A stretch of DNA of 64,000 bases from an uncultured Gemmatimonadaceae bacterium. GTDB lineage: Bacteria; Gemmatimonadota; Gemmatimonadetes; Gemmatimonadales; Gemmatimonadaceae. Below, in pieces: positions 26,314 to 35,109 of the stretch (the first letter of the stretch is position 1; every line of letters starts with the position of its first letter). Made by a program: the position numbers and the translations under genes. The DNA is taken from assembly GCA_963790305.1 (NCBI GenBank), contig CAWBOC010000005.1, positions 384,001 through 448,000 of the forward strand. Reading direction: 5' to 3'. Below the pieces are notes generated by a model that was not told the origin of the DNA, ran no database searches, and was given only the letters and a program-made list of their open reading frames with translations.

Positions 26314-27513
26314 CTACGCCGGAACCTCGCGTCGCCGCGCCAGGCTGCGGATGGCGAGAATGCCCGCGATAGGCCCAAGGGCGAGCATCCCGAATGCGGC
26401 TCCCCACCCCGCGCGCTCGACGACGGGAGGAATCAGCTGAATCGAGATCAGCGTGAGGAGGAAGCCGAGGCAGGTCTGCGTCGTGAGCGCGGTCCCCACG
26501 GCGTGGGGAGGCACCGCTTCCGTCACGAGCGCGCTGAATTGTGCACTGTCAGCGATGACGAAGAAGCTCCAGACGGCAACCATGGCCGCTGTGAGATGCA
26601 GATCCAGCCCGAAAAACGCCCCCGCAAGCAGCGCGCAACTTCCGCTGGCCGCGAGCGCGATCGTGATCACGCGCTCTCGCCCGCGACGGTCGGCAGCCAC
26701 GCCACCCCAGACGCATCCCAGGGCGCCAAAGGCAATCACGAGGAACACCGTCAACGCAACCGTCTGCTCGCTGGAAGGCGTGCGCGATGCCGCGGCGCTG
26801 GCGGCGAGAAATGCGGGGATCCAGGCCCAGAACGAATAGAGCTCGAACATGTGGCCGAGGTAGCCTCCGGTCGCCAGGCGCCAGCGGCGGGTGCGCACGA
26901 CGGTTCGCACGAGTCCCCAGGAGAACGGGCGCGATGCGAACGGATACGGGCCGTCCCGGTAGGCAATCACGACGATGCCGGCGCCGGCAATCGCGAACAG
27001 GGATGATCCGAGAATCACCGGCGCCAGATCACCCCAGGCGAACGCCTTCACGAGAAAAGGGAGTGCCTTCCCGATCGTCAACGCCCCGACGATGATGCCG
27101 ATGGCGAGCCCACGCCGCGAGCGAAACCACGTGGCCGCCATCTTCATCGCCGGAGGATACACACCGGCGAGAAAGAATCCGGTGAGAAACCGCGACGCCA
27201 ATGCGACGGGAAACCGGTCGCTGACCAGCAGCAGCCCATTGGCCATCGCGCCTAACGTGGCACACGCGGCTACATAGTACCGTGACGGTACTAAATCGGC
27301 GAGGTTGAGCACCGCGGCCAGCGCCGTCCCCACGACGAACCCGAGCTGAACGATGGCGGTGAGCCACCCGACCTGCGCTGCATCCAGGGTCCAACGCGCC
27401 TGAAGAACCGGAGATACCGCCGTGCCGGCGAACCAGAGCGACATCGCCAACAACTCGGCGACGGCGAGCAGAGCGAGCGCGCGCCAGCGGAGGGGATGCG
27501 AGTCCTCGTTCAC
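26314..27513 (-). CDS. MFS transporter
   Basis: About 12 TMs; AMSLWF, VQLGFVVGT, GVYPPAMK, GHMFELY, IADSAQFS. Confidence 0.9.
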   Translation of the reverse strand: MNEDSHPLRWRALALLAVAELLAMSLWFAGTAVSPVLQARWTLDAAQVGWLTAIVQLGFVVGTALAAVLNLADLVPSRYYVAACATLGAMANGLLLVSDRFPVALASRFLTGFFLAGVYPPAMKMAATWFRSRRGLAIGIIVGALTIGKALPFLVKAFAWGDLAPVILGSSLFAIAGAGIVVIAYRDGPYPFASRPFSWGLVRTVVRTRRWRLATGGYLGHMFELYSFWAWIPAFLAASAAASRTPSSEQTVALTVFLVIAFGALGCVWGGVAADRRGRERVITIALAASGSCALLAGAFFGLDLHLTAAMVAVWSFFVIADSAQFSALVTEAVPPHAVGTALTTQTCLGFLLTLISIQLIPPVVERAGWGAAFGMLALGPIAGILAIRSLARRREVPA

Positions 27514-28946
27514 GCCAGCGCGCCAAGCATTGCGCGACCGATGCGATCTGCATCCCGCGGGACTTCCTGAACAGCTCCGCCAAATGCGACAATGACACGG
27601 TCGGCGAGCGCAAGGAGCTCGTCGAGGTCGCTCGCGTATACGACGACGGCGGCTCCCGCATCGCGAGCGGCGACGAGGCGGCCACGGATGGACAGCGCGG
27701 CGCGCACATCGAGCCCCTGCGTGGGATTTTCGGCGACGATCAGCGGCGGGCCGTCATCGAGCTCTCTCGCCAATACGAGTTTCTGCTGGTTTCCGCCCGA
27801 CAGCGTCCGAGCGGGCGCGTTTACGTTGCTGACGCGGATGCCGTGCACGTCAACGAGTGCACGTGCGCGTCGCGCAACGTCCTGCCAGGGGATGCGACCG
27901 CGCGCGCGCGCGGCGTTTCGTAGGGCGATGTTCTCGGTCACCGAGAAGGTCGGGATGAGCGCATCCCGCTGGCGATGCTCGGGAATGAACGCGATATCTC
28001 GCGGGACGCGTATCTCGCCACCGGAGGGCGCGAGTCGTCCTGCCAGCGCGAGCAACAATTCGTAGTGCCCGGACCCTTCGACTCCCGCGATTCCCAGAAT
28101 TTCTCCCGCACGCACGCTGAGCGACGCGTTGCGAATTCGGGCTACGCCGTGTGTGTCACGAAGCTCGACGTCGCGAAGCTCCGCGACGAGCGGACCGGCT
28201 TCTCTCGGTACGGAATGGGTTCCCTCGAGACCGACTCCATCAGGAAACATCGTCCGAGCGAGCTCGTCCTGCGAGATCGCCGTTGCGTGGGTGGTCAGGA
28301 CCGTCCGCCCGCGGCGCAGCACCGTCACCTCATCGGCGATGGCGAGTGCTTCCCGCAGCTTGTGGGTGACCAGCACCACGGCGCCTCCGTCGTCGGCGAC
28401 CCGCCGTACGAGCGACATCAGCTCCTGAGCCTCGGCGGGCGCGAGGACTGCTGTGGGCTCGTCCAGGATCAGGGTTCGGGCCTCCCGCGAGAAAATCTTG
28501 AGGAGCTCCAGCTTCTGTTGTGCAGCGGGAGGCAGATCGCCAGCGCGAGCCATGGGGTCGATTCTGAGCGACGTTTTATCCGCAAGTGCGCGGACGTGCT
28601 CGGCGGCTTGGCGAGGGTGATACCGTCCGCTGCCGCCTAACGCAACGTTGTCGGCGGCGGTCATCGCCGGCACGAGGGAGAAATGCTGCTGAACCATGCC
28701 AACCCCGTGAGCGATGGCATCGGCCGGCGTGCGCAACGTCACGGCGTGTCCGTCGAGCTCCACGACGCCCGCATCGGGTCGCTCGAGCCCGTATGCGATC
28801 CGCATGAGGGTGGTCTTCCCGGCGCCATTCTCTCCCAGTAACGCGTGGACCGTTCCGCGTGTCACGGTGAGCGACGCGCCGTTCAGGGCCGCAACTGGCC
28901 CAAATCGCTTGACAATCGACCGAAGCGAGAGCGCCGCTGCCGTCAC
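27510..28946 (-). CDS. ABC transporter ATP-binding protein (two NBDs, nucleoside/sugar type)
   Basis: HALLGENGAGKTT, LDEPT, LSGGNQQK; GTG 28946 overlaps the upstream stop. Confidence 0.94.
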   Translation of the reverse strand: MTAAALSLRSIVKRFGPVAALNGASLTVTRGTVHALLGENGAGKTTLMRIAYGLERPDAGVVELDGHAVTLRTPADAIAHGVGMVQQHFSLVPAMTAADNVALGGSGRYHPRQAAEHVRALADKTSLRIDPMARAGDLPPAAQQKLELLKIFSREARTLILDEPTAVLAPAEAQELMSLVRRVADDGGAVVLVTHKLREALAIADEVTVLRRGRTVLTTHATAISQDELARTMFPDGVGLEGTHSVPREAGPLVAELRDVELRDTHGVARIRNASLSVRAGEILGIAGVEGSGHYELLLALAGRLAPSGGEIRVPRDIAFIPEHRQRDALIPTFSVTENIALRNAARARGRIPWQDVARRARALVDVHGIRVSNVNAPARTLSGGNQQKLVLARELDDGPPLIVAENPTQGLDVRAALSIRGRLVAARDAGAAVVVYASDLDELLALADRVIVAFGGAVQEVPRDADRIGRAMLGALA

Positions 28947-29722
28947 AATCCGGTCGGTGCGTCCAGAAACACCCAAGGCAGTCCGAACGTCTCACCAAGC
29001 TCTGCGGCAATCGCGCGAACTCCCAGGGTCTCCGTGGCGTAGTGCCCGGCGTAGATGATCGTTAGGCCGGCTTCTTCGGCGTCGATGGCCGTCCAGTGTG
29101 GACCTTCGCCGACGATCAAGGTGTCGATGCCAGCGAAGATCGCCTCACGAAGGGTCTCCTGACCGGCGCCTGCTCCCGTGCAGATCGCCCAGCGTTTGGT
29201 GACCTTCGTGCCTATGTCGCCTGCCGTGCGCACCTCATGGCCGTGCTCGCTGGCGAATCGAGCCGCGCGGGCCACCAACTCCACGGTGGGTACGTCGCAG
29301 GCTCCGGCAACACCGATGTCGACTGTCTTGTACCGTGCGAACCCAGCCGATGGCTCGAGGCCGAGCGTGCGAGCGAGCAGCGCATTGTTTCCCAGCTCGG
29401 GATGCATGTCGAGTGGGAGGTGAGCGCTGTACACCGCGATATCATGCTCGAGGAGCAAACGCACGCGACGCAGAAATGCCCCCCGCAGGGGCTGTGTGCC
29501 GTTCCAGAACAACCCGTGGTGCACAATGAGCAGGTTCGCGCCGGCCGCGGCCGCGGCGCGAATCGTCCGCTCGCGAGCATCAACTGCCGCCGCGACCCGC
29601 GTGATCGGCGCCTCCGTTTCGACCTGAATGCCGTTGAGCGCGCCGGAGAAGTCTGGGACTTCATCGACGCGCAACACCGCATCGAGATGACGGGCGATAT
29701 CCGCGACGGTGACCCCGTTCAC
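28943..29722 (-). CDS. Nif3-like (DUF34/YbgI) dinuclear metal protein
   Basis: NGIQVE, HHGLFW, HLPLD.HPELGNN, AGHYATE. Confidence 0.95.
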   Translation of the reverse strand: MNGVTVADIARHLDAVLRVDEVPDFSGALNGIQVETEAPITRVAAAVDARERTIRAAAAAGANLLIVHHGLFWNGTQPLRGAFLRRVRLLLEHDIAVYSAHLPLDMHPELGNNALLARTLGLEPSAGFARYKTVDIGVAGACDVPTVELVARAARFASEHGHEVRTAGDIGTKVTKRWAICTGAGAGQETLREAIFAGIDTLIVGEGPHWTAIDAEEAGLTIIYAGHYATETLGVRAIAAELGETFGLPWVFLDAPTGL

Positions 29723-30765
29723 GGACCGCGACCGACGGAATCGACGAATTCGATGCGCGGTGGCTGCAGCTCGCCCCTGATGATGCGCCGCTCAATCGAG
29801 TCGACACGGGCGAGCACCTCTGGGGCAATACGGGCTCGCCAGGTGGGGTTGAGCACGAACCTGGTTACGCCGGTCGTGCTTCCCAGGCGCAGAACACCCG
29901 GACGAAACCGCCCTTCCTTCACATCTCGGGCGACGGAGACAAACGCATGTGGGAGATCGATGACGACGCTCCCGATGATGACGTCCGGAGCGACCGCGTT
30001 CTGATCGATGTTGGCGCCGAAGACGGCCACGCCTTTCGATTCTCGGGCTGCCTGAAAAATCCCAAGGCCCGCGGCGTCTGCGTTTTGAAAGATGAAGTCA
30101 GCGCCCCGCCGAATCTGCGCGATTGCCTGCTCCTTGCCGGCGCTCGCATCCTCCCAGTTGCCCACATACGAGGTGAGAATGCGCACGCGCGAGTTGACCG
30201 CGCGTGCGCCAGCCTCGAAAGCGGCGAAGCTGCTGCGCACCGGCGGGATTTCCGTTCCACCGATTGCGCCGATGACATTCGATCTGGTGAGGGATCCCGC
30301 GAGAACCCCCGCTACGTACGAGGGGTCCTCGAACCCGAACACCATGGGCGAGACGTTAGGCGCCACCCGGCTCCCCGATGTCGTGATGAAAACGGTGCGC
30401 GGAAACTCCGGCGCGACCCGCTCGGCGGCATCCTGAAACTCGAAGCCATGGCCGAAGACGAGCTGGTACCCTTCCGCGCCGTAGTGTCGGAAGTTCTCCT
30501 CGAAGTCGGCGGGAGTCCGCGTCTGGATGTGACTCACCGAGGCGTCGAGTGAATCGCGGATGCGCATTAGTCCCTGATATGCTCCGCTGTTCCATGCCTG
30601 GTCGGAGATCGGGCCCGGTGTCAGCAGGGCTACCTTGAAGTCGCTAGCGGAGGACGAGGGCGCGCGCGATTCCCGGCTGGCTTCGCCGCACGCGAGGGTG
30701 AGCAGAAGTGGAATGGCGTGGAAAGCTGTGGAAAAGCAGCGGCGACTCGACGGAAAAGCGACCAT
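29719..30765 (-). CDS. BMP-family ABC substrate-binding lipoprotein
   Basis: Lipobox TLA-C; GPISDQAWN...Y.GL, GHGFEF, GNWED. Confidence 0.93.
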   Translation of the reverse strand: MVAFPSSRRCFSTAFHAIPLLLTLACGEASRESRAPSSSASDFKVALLTPGPISDQAWNSGAYQGLMRIRDSLDASVSHIQTRTPADFEENFRHYGAEGYQLVFGHGFEFQDAAERVAPEFPRTVFITTSGSRVAPNVSPMVFGFEDPSYVAGVLAGSLTRSNVIGAIGGTEIPPVRSSFAAFEAGARAVNSRVRILTSYVGNWEDASAGKEQAIAQIRRGADFIFQNADAAGLGIFQAARESKGVAVFGANIDQNAVAPDVIIGSVVIDLPHAFVSVARDVKEGRFRPGVLRLGSTTGVTRFVLNPTWRARIAPEVLARVDSIERRIIRGELQPPRIEFVDSVGRGP

Positions 30766-30803
30766 AAGCGCTGATGGCGTCGGTGGATGCGTGGTGTGGA
30801 AAA
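30707..30803 (-). promoter_or_regulatory. cluster of DnaA-box-like 9-mers
   Basis: TTTTCCACA (minus strand) at 30727-35 and 30795-803; degenerate copies at 30707-15, 30717-25 (10-bp period) and 30782-90. Confidence 0.6.
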
Positions 30804-30842
30804 CGAAACGCGAGGCAGGGCGGTTGAGCCCCTGCCTCGCGT
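30800..30842 (-). terminator. intrinsic terminator of parAB-M23-bactofilin operon
   Basis: 13-bp stem ACGCGAGGCAGGG/CCCTGCCTCGCGT with TTCGTTTT tail on the minus strand. Confidence 0.8.
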
Positions 30843-30873
30843 AGTATACGCGGCTTGCGGTCGCGCGGTGAGG

Positions 30874-31317
30874 TCAGCGCACGACGGCGACTGGTTGCTT
30901 CTCCTTCGAGGAGTATTCCTGGCGCTGCGTCGCTTCGGAGACGTCAGCGATGCGGACCGTCCCGTTGATCCGACCACCTTCGGCAACGGCGATCGACTTG
31001 GTGTTGATGTCTCCGACAATCGTCGACGTCGCCTGTATCTCGAGACGCTCCGTGGCGCTCACCGTGCCTTGAACCTTGCCGCCGATTACCGCCTCGCGGG
31101 TGGTGATGTCGCCTTTGACTTCGCCCTGGCGACCGATGAGGACCTGGCGACCGGCGCGAATCGAGCCTTCGACTCGACCCTCGATCTTGATCACGCCTTC
31201 CGTCTCGATGTCGCCGATCACGCGCATTCCGCCGGCGATGATCGAGAGTGTGCCTTCGCCGTTACCGCCGGTCTTCCCGTCGCCCGCCGGCGCGGGTGTG
31301 TCCTTGAAGATCGCCAT
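30874..31317 (-). CDS. bactofilin (polymer-forming cytoskeletal protein)
   Basis: SII..G..V.GDI...G.I.I.G.V.G.I beta-helix repeats. Confidence 0.95.
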   Translation of the reverse strand: MAIFKDTPAPAGDGKTGGNGEGTLSIIAGGMRVIGDIETEGVIKIEGRVEGSIRAGRQVLIGRQGEVKGDITTREAVIGGKVQGTVSATERLEIQATSTIVGDINTKSIAVAEGGRINGTVRIADVSEATQRQEYSSKEKQPVAVVR

Positions 31318-31320
31318 GAG

Positions 31321-32139
31321 TCATTCCTTCTTCTTGGTGATGAGCAGCATCGGATCCACGGCCGCGCCACCCTGACGGACTTCGAAGTGAAGGTGCGGCG
31401 CCGTGGACTGACCAGTGTTTCCCGAGAGGGCGATCGCGCGGCCGGACGGAATCTTTTCCCCCTGCTTCACGAGAATCTGGCTCGCGTGGGCGTAGAGCGT
31501 TTCGTACCCGTCGCGGTGCTCGAGTCTCACGAACTTGCCGTATTTCGCGTCGTCCCCCACTTCGACGACTGTCCCACCTCCAGCGGCACGAATTGGTGTG
31601 CCGACTGGGACGGCGACGTCGAGCCCGGGATGCGGGCCACTGTAATCGGTGGAGTCCGCGCTTCCTCGTGTCACGTATCCCTCGACCTCGAGCGGCCACA
31701 GCGACGGAAGCGTAGGCGTTGCGGTGTCCGCCCTGGGCGGTGGCAACGGTGCGGCGACCACGGGCTCCTTCGCAGCCGTCACCGGCCCACTCGCTCCCAT
31801 CATCGTTTGCACCTGGAGGAACCGCCGCTCCATTTCCGCGAGGCGCGCTTGCAGGGTGTCGAGCTGCTGCACTTCCTTGCTAAGCGTCGTGACCCGTCCG
31901 GTGAGGAATGGAACCCGAGCGGCCTGCGCGGCGAGATAGACCCAGCTGATGGTGCCGACAGTGAGCAGCGCGCCGCCTACGTACAGTGCCATCCGGAGGA
32001 GGCGGACCTGCCGTTGGGTGAAGATGATCGTGCGGTTGGCGAGTCCGGACTCACGCTGCACCTGGATGATCATCGATCCAGCGTGCGGCGTGTAGATATT
32101 GCCGTAGCCTTGGCTTCTGGGGTGGGTAGGGTCCGTCAT
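31321..32139 (-). CDS. membrane-anchored M23 metallopeptidase
   Basis: TM plus coiled coil; HPGLD (HxxxD), YAH, STAPHLHFE (HxH). Confidence 0.94.
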   Translation of the reverse strand: MTDPTHPRSQGYGNIYTPHAGSMIIQVQRESGLANRTIIFTQRQVRLLRMALYVGGALLTVGTISWVYLAAQAARVPFLTGRVTTLSKEVQQLDTLQARLAEMERRFLQVQTMMGASGPVTAAKEPVVAAPLPPPRADTATPTLPSLWPLEVEGYVTRGSADSTDYSGPHPGLDVAVPVGTPIRAAGGGTVVEVGDDAKYGKFVRLEHRDGYETLYAHASQILVKQGEKIPSGRAIALSGNTGQSTAPHLHFEVRQGGAAVDPMLLITKKKE

Positions 32140-33026
32140 GTCGTGTCGCGTCGTGAGCCGAGGATAAGGTCGAGCACTCGTTCGAGATCTTCCGCTGAGT
32201 AGAACGATATCGCGATACTGCCGCGATAGTCTCGCGACACTGTTATAGCGATGTCGGTCTGGAGGTGCTTCCGAAGCTGGTCTTCCAGACGCTGGATTTC
32301 CGAGTAGCTCCGGTTCTGCGTCTTCACGATCGGGTGCCGCTTCTCGGGACGCGCGCGCCGGGCGCGCGCCTCGACGTCGCGGACGGACAGTCCTTTCGCG
32401 ACGGCTTCACGCGCGATGTCGGTGATGGTGCGTTCATCCTCGAAGGCGAGAAGCGCACGGGCGTGGCCGAGGGTCAGCTCGCCCTGCTGTACTAGTCTTC
32501 GCACGGCTGCGGGTAGCTGGAGAACGCGGAGGGTATTGGCGATGGTCGTGCGGTCCTTCCCGATGATCTCGGCCACGCGCTGTTGAGTCAGCCCGAATTC
32601 CTCGATGAGCCGCTGGTACCCTTCTGCTTCCTCGACCGCGTTCAGGTCGGTGCGCTGCAGATTCTCGACAAGAGCGAGGGTGAGCAGCGTGCGATCGTCG
32701 ATGTCGCGCACGACGACCGGAATGTCGGTCCATCCGAGCTGTGTCGCGGCGCGAAGGCGCCGTTCTCCGGCGATGAGCTCATAACCGCCGTCGGCGCCCG
32801 GCCGAACGACGACAGGCTGCAGCAGGCCGTTGGCCTGAAGGCTCGCCTGAAGCTCGGCAAGGTCCTCGGGGCGGAATTCCTTTCGTGGCTGGTACGGGTT
32901 GGCTCGGATCTGCGCGATTGGAACGTGCTGCACCGCCCGGCGTTCGGCGCTCGTGGGGGTGGTCGCGCTGCTGGTGATGAGGGCCTCGAGCCCGCGGCCG
33001 AGTCGGCGTGGCTTATCGACGGACAT
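32136..33026 (-). CDS. parB: chromosome partitioning protein ParB
   Basis: LGRGL, NPYQPR, IAGERRLRA, ENLQR, HTH GKDRTTIAN, GHARAL. Confidence 0.97.
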   Translation of the reverse strand: MSVDKPRRLGRGLEALITSSATTPTSAERRAVQHVPIAQIRANPYQPRKEFRPEDLAELQASLQANGLLQPVVVRPGADGGYELIAGERRLRAATQLGWTDIPVVVRDIDDRTLLTLALVENLQRTDLNAVEEAEGYQRLIEEFGLTQQRVAEIIGKDRTTIANTLRVLQLPAAVRRLVQQGELTLGHARALLAFEDERTITDIAREAVAKGLSVRDVEARARRARPEKRHPIVKTQNRSYSEIQRLEDQLRKHLQTDIAITVSRDYRGSIAISFYSAEDLERVLDLILGSRRDTT

Positions 33027-33093
33027 GGGGGAGGGGCACGATGTGGATCCTCCGGCGTCCGTAAGCGGAGCAGGGTCCGCGGACGCTTTCGGG

Positions 33094-33921
33094 CTAGGTA
33101 CTGACGAGTGTCGGAACTGCGCCGTCACCCTCGCGCTCAGGGCCATCGCCCTCTCGCGCGGGTCGTTCGATGAGCTCCTTCGCGATCGACATATATGCTT
33201 GCGCGCCGATCGAGGCTACGTCGTACAGGAGAATCGGCTTCCCAAAGCTCGGGGCCTCCGCGAGTCGGACATTTCTCGGGACGACCGTTTGGAAGACCTT
33301 GGATCCGAAGTATTCGCGAGCATCAGCGGCCACCTGGCGTGAGAGGTTGAGGCGCGCGTCGTACATGGTGAGGACGACGCCCTCGATTGCCAGGTGCTCG
33401 TTGGGTCCGCGCTGCAGAAGGTGGACGGTATTGAGGAGCTGGGAGATTCCCTCGAGCGCGTAGTACTCGCACTGAAGCGGGATGAGGATCGTGTCCGCCG
33501 CGACGAGCATGTTCACCGTGATGAGGCCGAGCGAAGGCGGGCAGTCGATGAGGATGAAGTCGTAGTCGTCGCGAACGGGCTCGAGGGCTTCGCGCATGGC
33601 GAGCTCGCGGGAGCGATGGTCGACGAGCTCGATTTCGGCGCCCGCCAAGTCAGGGGTCGCGGGTGCGACGTCCAGATGCGTGAACTGAACGGCCTTGACG
33701 ACGACCTCTCCAATCCGCGCCGCGCCAATGAGGGCGTCGTACACGGTGAGGTTCATCTGCTCGCGCGTCACGCCGACGCCGCTCGTCGCATTGCCCTGGG
33801 GATCGCCGTCGAGGAGAAGTGTCTTCTTCTCCGCCGCGGCGAGGCTAGCGGCGAGATTGACGGCGGTGGTCGTCTTGCCTACCCCGCCCTTCTGGTTGGC
33901 GATTGCGATTACACGACCCAC
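33094..33921 (-). CDS. parA: chromosome partitioning ATPase ParA/Soj
   Basis: NQKGGVGKTT, DPQGNA, DCPPSLG, QCEYYALEG, PRNVRLAEAPSFG. Confidence 0.97.
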   Translation of the reverse strand: MGRVIAIANQKGGVGKTTTAVNLAASLAAAEKKTLLLDGDPQGNATSGVGVTREQMNLTVYDALIGAARIGEVVVKAVQFTHLDVAPATPDLAGAEIELVDHRSRELAMREALEPVRDDYDFILIDCPPSLGLITVNMLVAADTILIPLQCEYYALEGISQLLNTVHLLQRGPNEHLAIEGVVLTMYDARLNLSRQVAADAREYFGSKVFQTVVPRNVRLAEAPSFGKPILLYDVASIGAQAYMSIAKELIERPAREGDGPEREGDGAVPTLVST

Positions 33922-34022
33922 GCGAGTAGCCCCATTCGGCTCCAGGTTCGGTCGCGGAATATAACCATCGCGACCGTGAGGCAAGCGAGCGTTTGCGACC
34001 ACGCTCAAGGTAATCGTCGGGT

Positions 34023-34038
34023 TGTGTCACGTGGCACA
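34023..34038. promoter_or_regulatory. parS-like palindrome 1
   Basis: TGTGTCACGTGGCACA versus canonical TGTTTCACGTGAAACA, just upstream of parA. Confidence 0.7.
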
Positions 34039-34047
34039 CTGCGTTGA

Positions 34048-34065
34048 GCGTGTCACGTGACACGC
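34048..34065. promoter_or_regulatory. parS-like palindrome 2
   Basis: Perfect 18-bp palindrome GCGTGTCACGTGACACGC. Confidence 0.75.
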
Positions 34066-34255
34066 GGGGTAAGGCCGCCGAGGAAACGGCCCCCCACCCA
34101 TGCCAAGCGCGCATTTTAAACAACACTATCACGTCATAATACGGCCATTATCACGTCCTATTAGCGCGCCATGAAGGCGTGAAGCCGCGCCCGAATTAGT
34201 AGCGTGTGCGTACTTAAATGAGAAAGCGACGGTTCGTGGCCAATGCCAGAGGCCA

Positions 34256-34283
34256 TAAAAAAGGGGCCCCATTGGGGCCCCTT
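34256..34283 (-). terminator. intrinsic terminator after SIMPL gene
   Basis: AAGGGGCCCC-att-GGGGCCCCTT with a U run on the minus strand. Confidence 0.85.
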
Positions 34284-34302
34284 CGCTCATCATCCCGCGC
34301 GC

Positions 34303-35043
34303 CTAACGGGCACCACCGGGAACGAACGCCCAGCGGCCGCCAACCCACACCGTGAGCGTCTGCTGACCGGGCTCGATCGGCGTCTGGGCCGCCCCGACAC
34401 CCGCGTCCATTCGCATGAGTCGCTCGGCGTACACAGGCCGCACCGGTGGTGACTGCGTGTTCAACTCGAGAAGCGCACCAAGCGATCCTCCAGCGGCCCG
34501 CGCCAGCGCGTCCGCGTCGGCGCGCGCCCGCGCGACCGCCTCCGCCAGCGCCGTGCGACGCGCGGCGTCGACGTTCGACGCGAAGAACTGGATCGTGTTC
34601 ACCATGTTGGCACCCGCGGCGAGCGCGGCGTCGATCACCGCGCCGACTTGATCGAGCTGGCGCACCTCGACACGCACCGTGTTGTTCGCGACGTAGCCGA
34701 TGACCCGTGGCGTTTGTGGTCCTTCACGCGGCGGCTCCCGGTTATCGTACTCGGGATAAAGGTTGTACTCGCTGGTGCCGATCTGTGCTGCGGGAATCCC
34801 GCGTGCCTTGATCGCGTCAATGACCGCGCGCGTCTTCCTGGCGTTATCGGCCCCAGCCTGCGCCGCCGTTGCGGCACGTGTCTGCACACCGATGAGCACG
34901 TGCGCGCGATCCGGAGTCACCCGCGCTTCACCGGTCGCCGAAGTGACGATATCCGGCCCCTGCGAGGCGGAGGAGGGTGAACCTTGCTGCGCGGCGACCG
35001 GCGTCGCGGCAGCAAGCAATGAAAACAGCACGAGACGACGCAT
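34303..35043 (-). CDS. SIMPL (DUF541) periplasmic protein
   Basis: Signal peptide; GE....PD.A...GV, GY.A.N.V.V, D.A..AGAN, A...A.A.A.ALA, PIEPG. Confidence 0.92.
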   Translation of the reverse strand: MRRLVLFSLLAAATPVAAQQGSPSSASQGPDIVTSATGEARVTPDRAHVLIGVQTRAATAAQAGADNARKTRAVIDAIKARGIPAAQIGTSEYNLYPEYDNREPPREGPQTPRVIGYVANNTVRVEVRQLDQVGAVIDAALAAGANMVNTIQFFASNVDAARRTALAEAVARARADADALARAAGGSLGALLELNTQSPPVRPVYAERLMRMDAGVGAAQTPIEPGQQTLTVWVGGRWAFVPGGAR

Positions 35044-35109
35044 GAGAGCTCCCTGGCGAAAATGGTTCACCAAGAATCTACACTGCTCGCGTCGTCGAGT
35101 GCCTTCAGG

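Noticed and set aside
26290..26317. CIRCE-like inverted repeat upstream of hsp20
   Set aside because: Three mismatches per arm and a 10-nt spacer instead of 9
30787..32202. 471-aa plus-strand ORF
   Set aside because: Antisense shadow of bactofilin/M23 in high-GC DNA; no motifs
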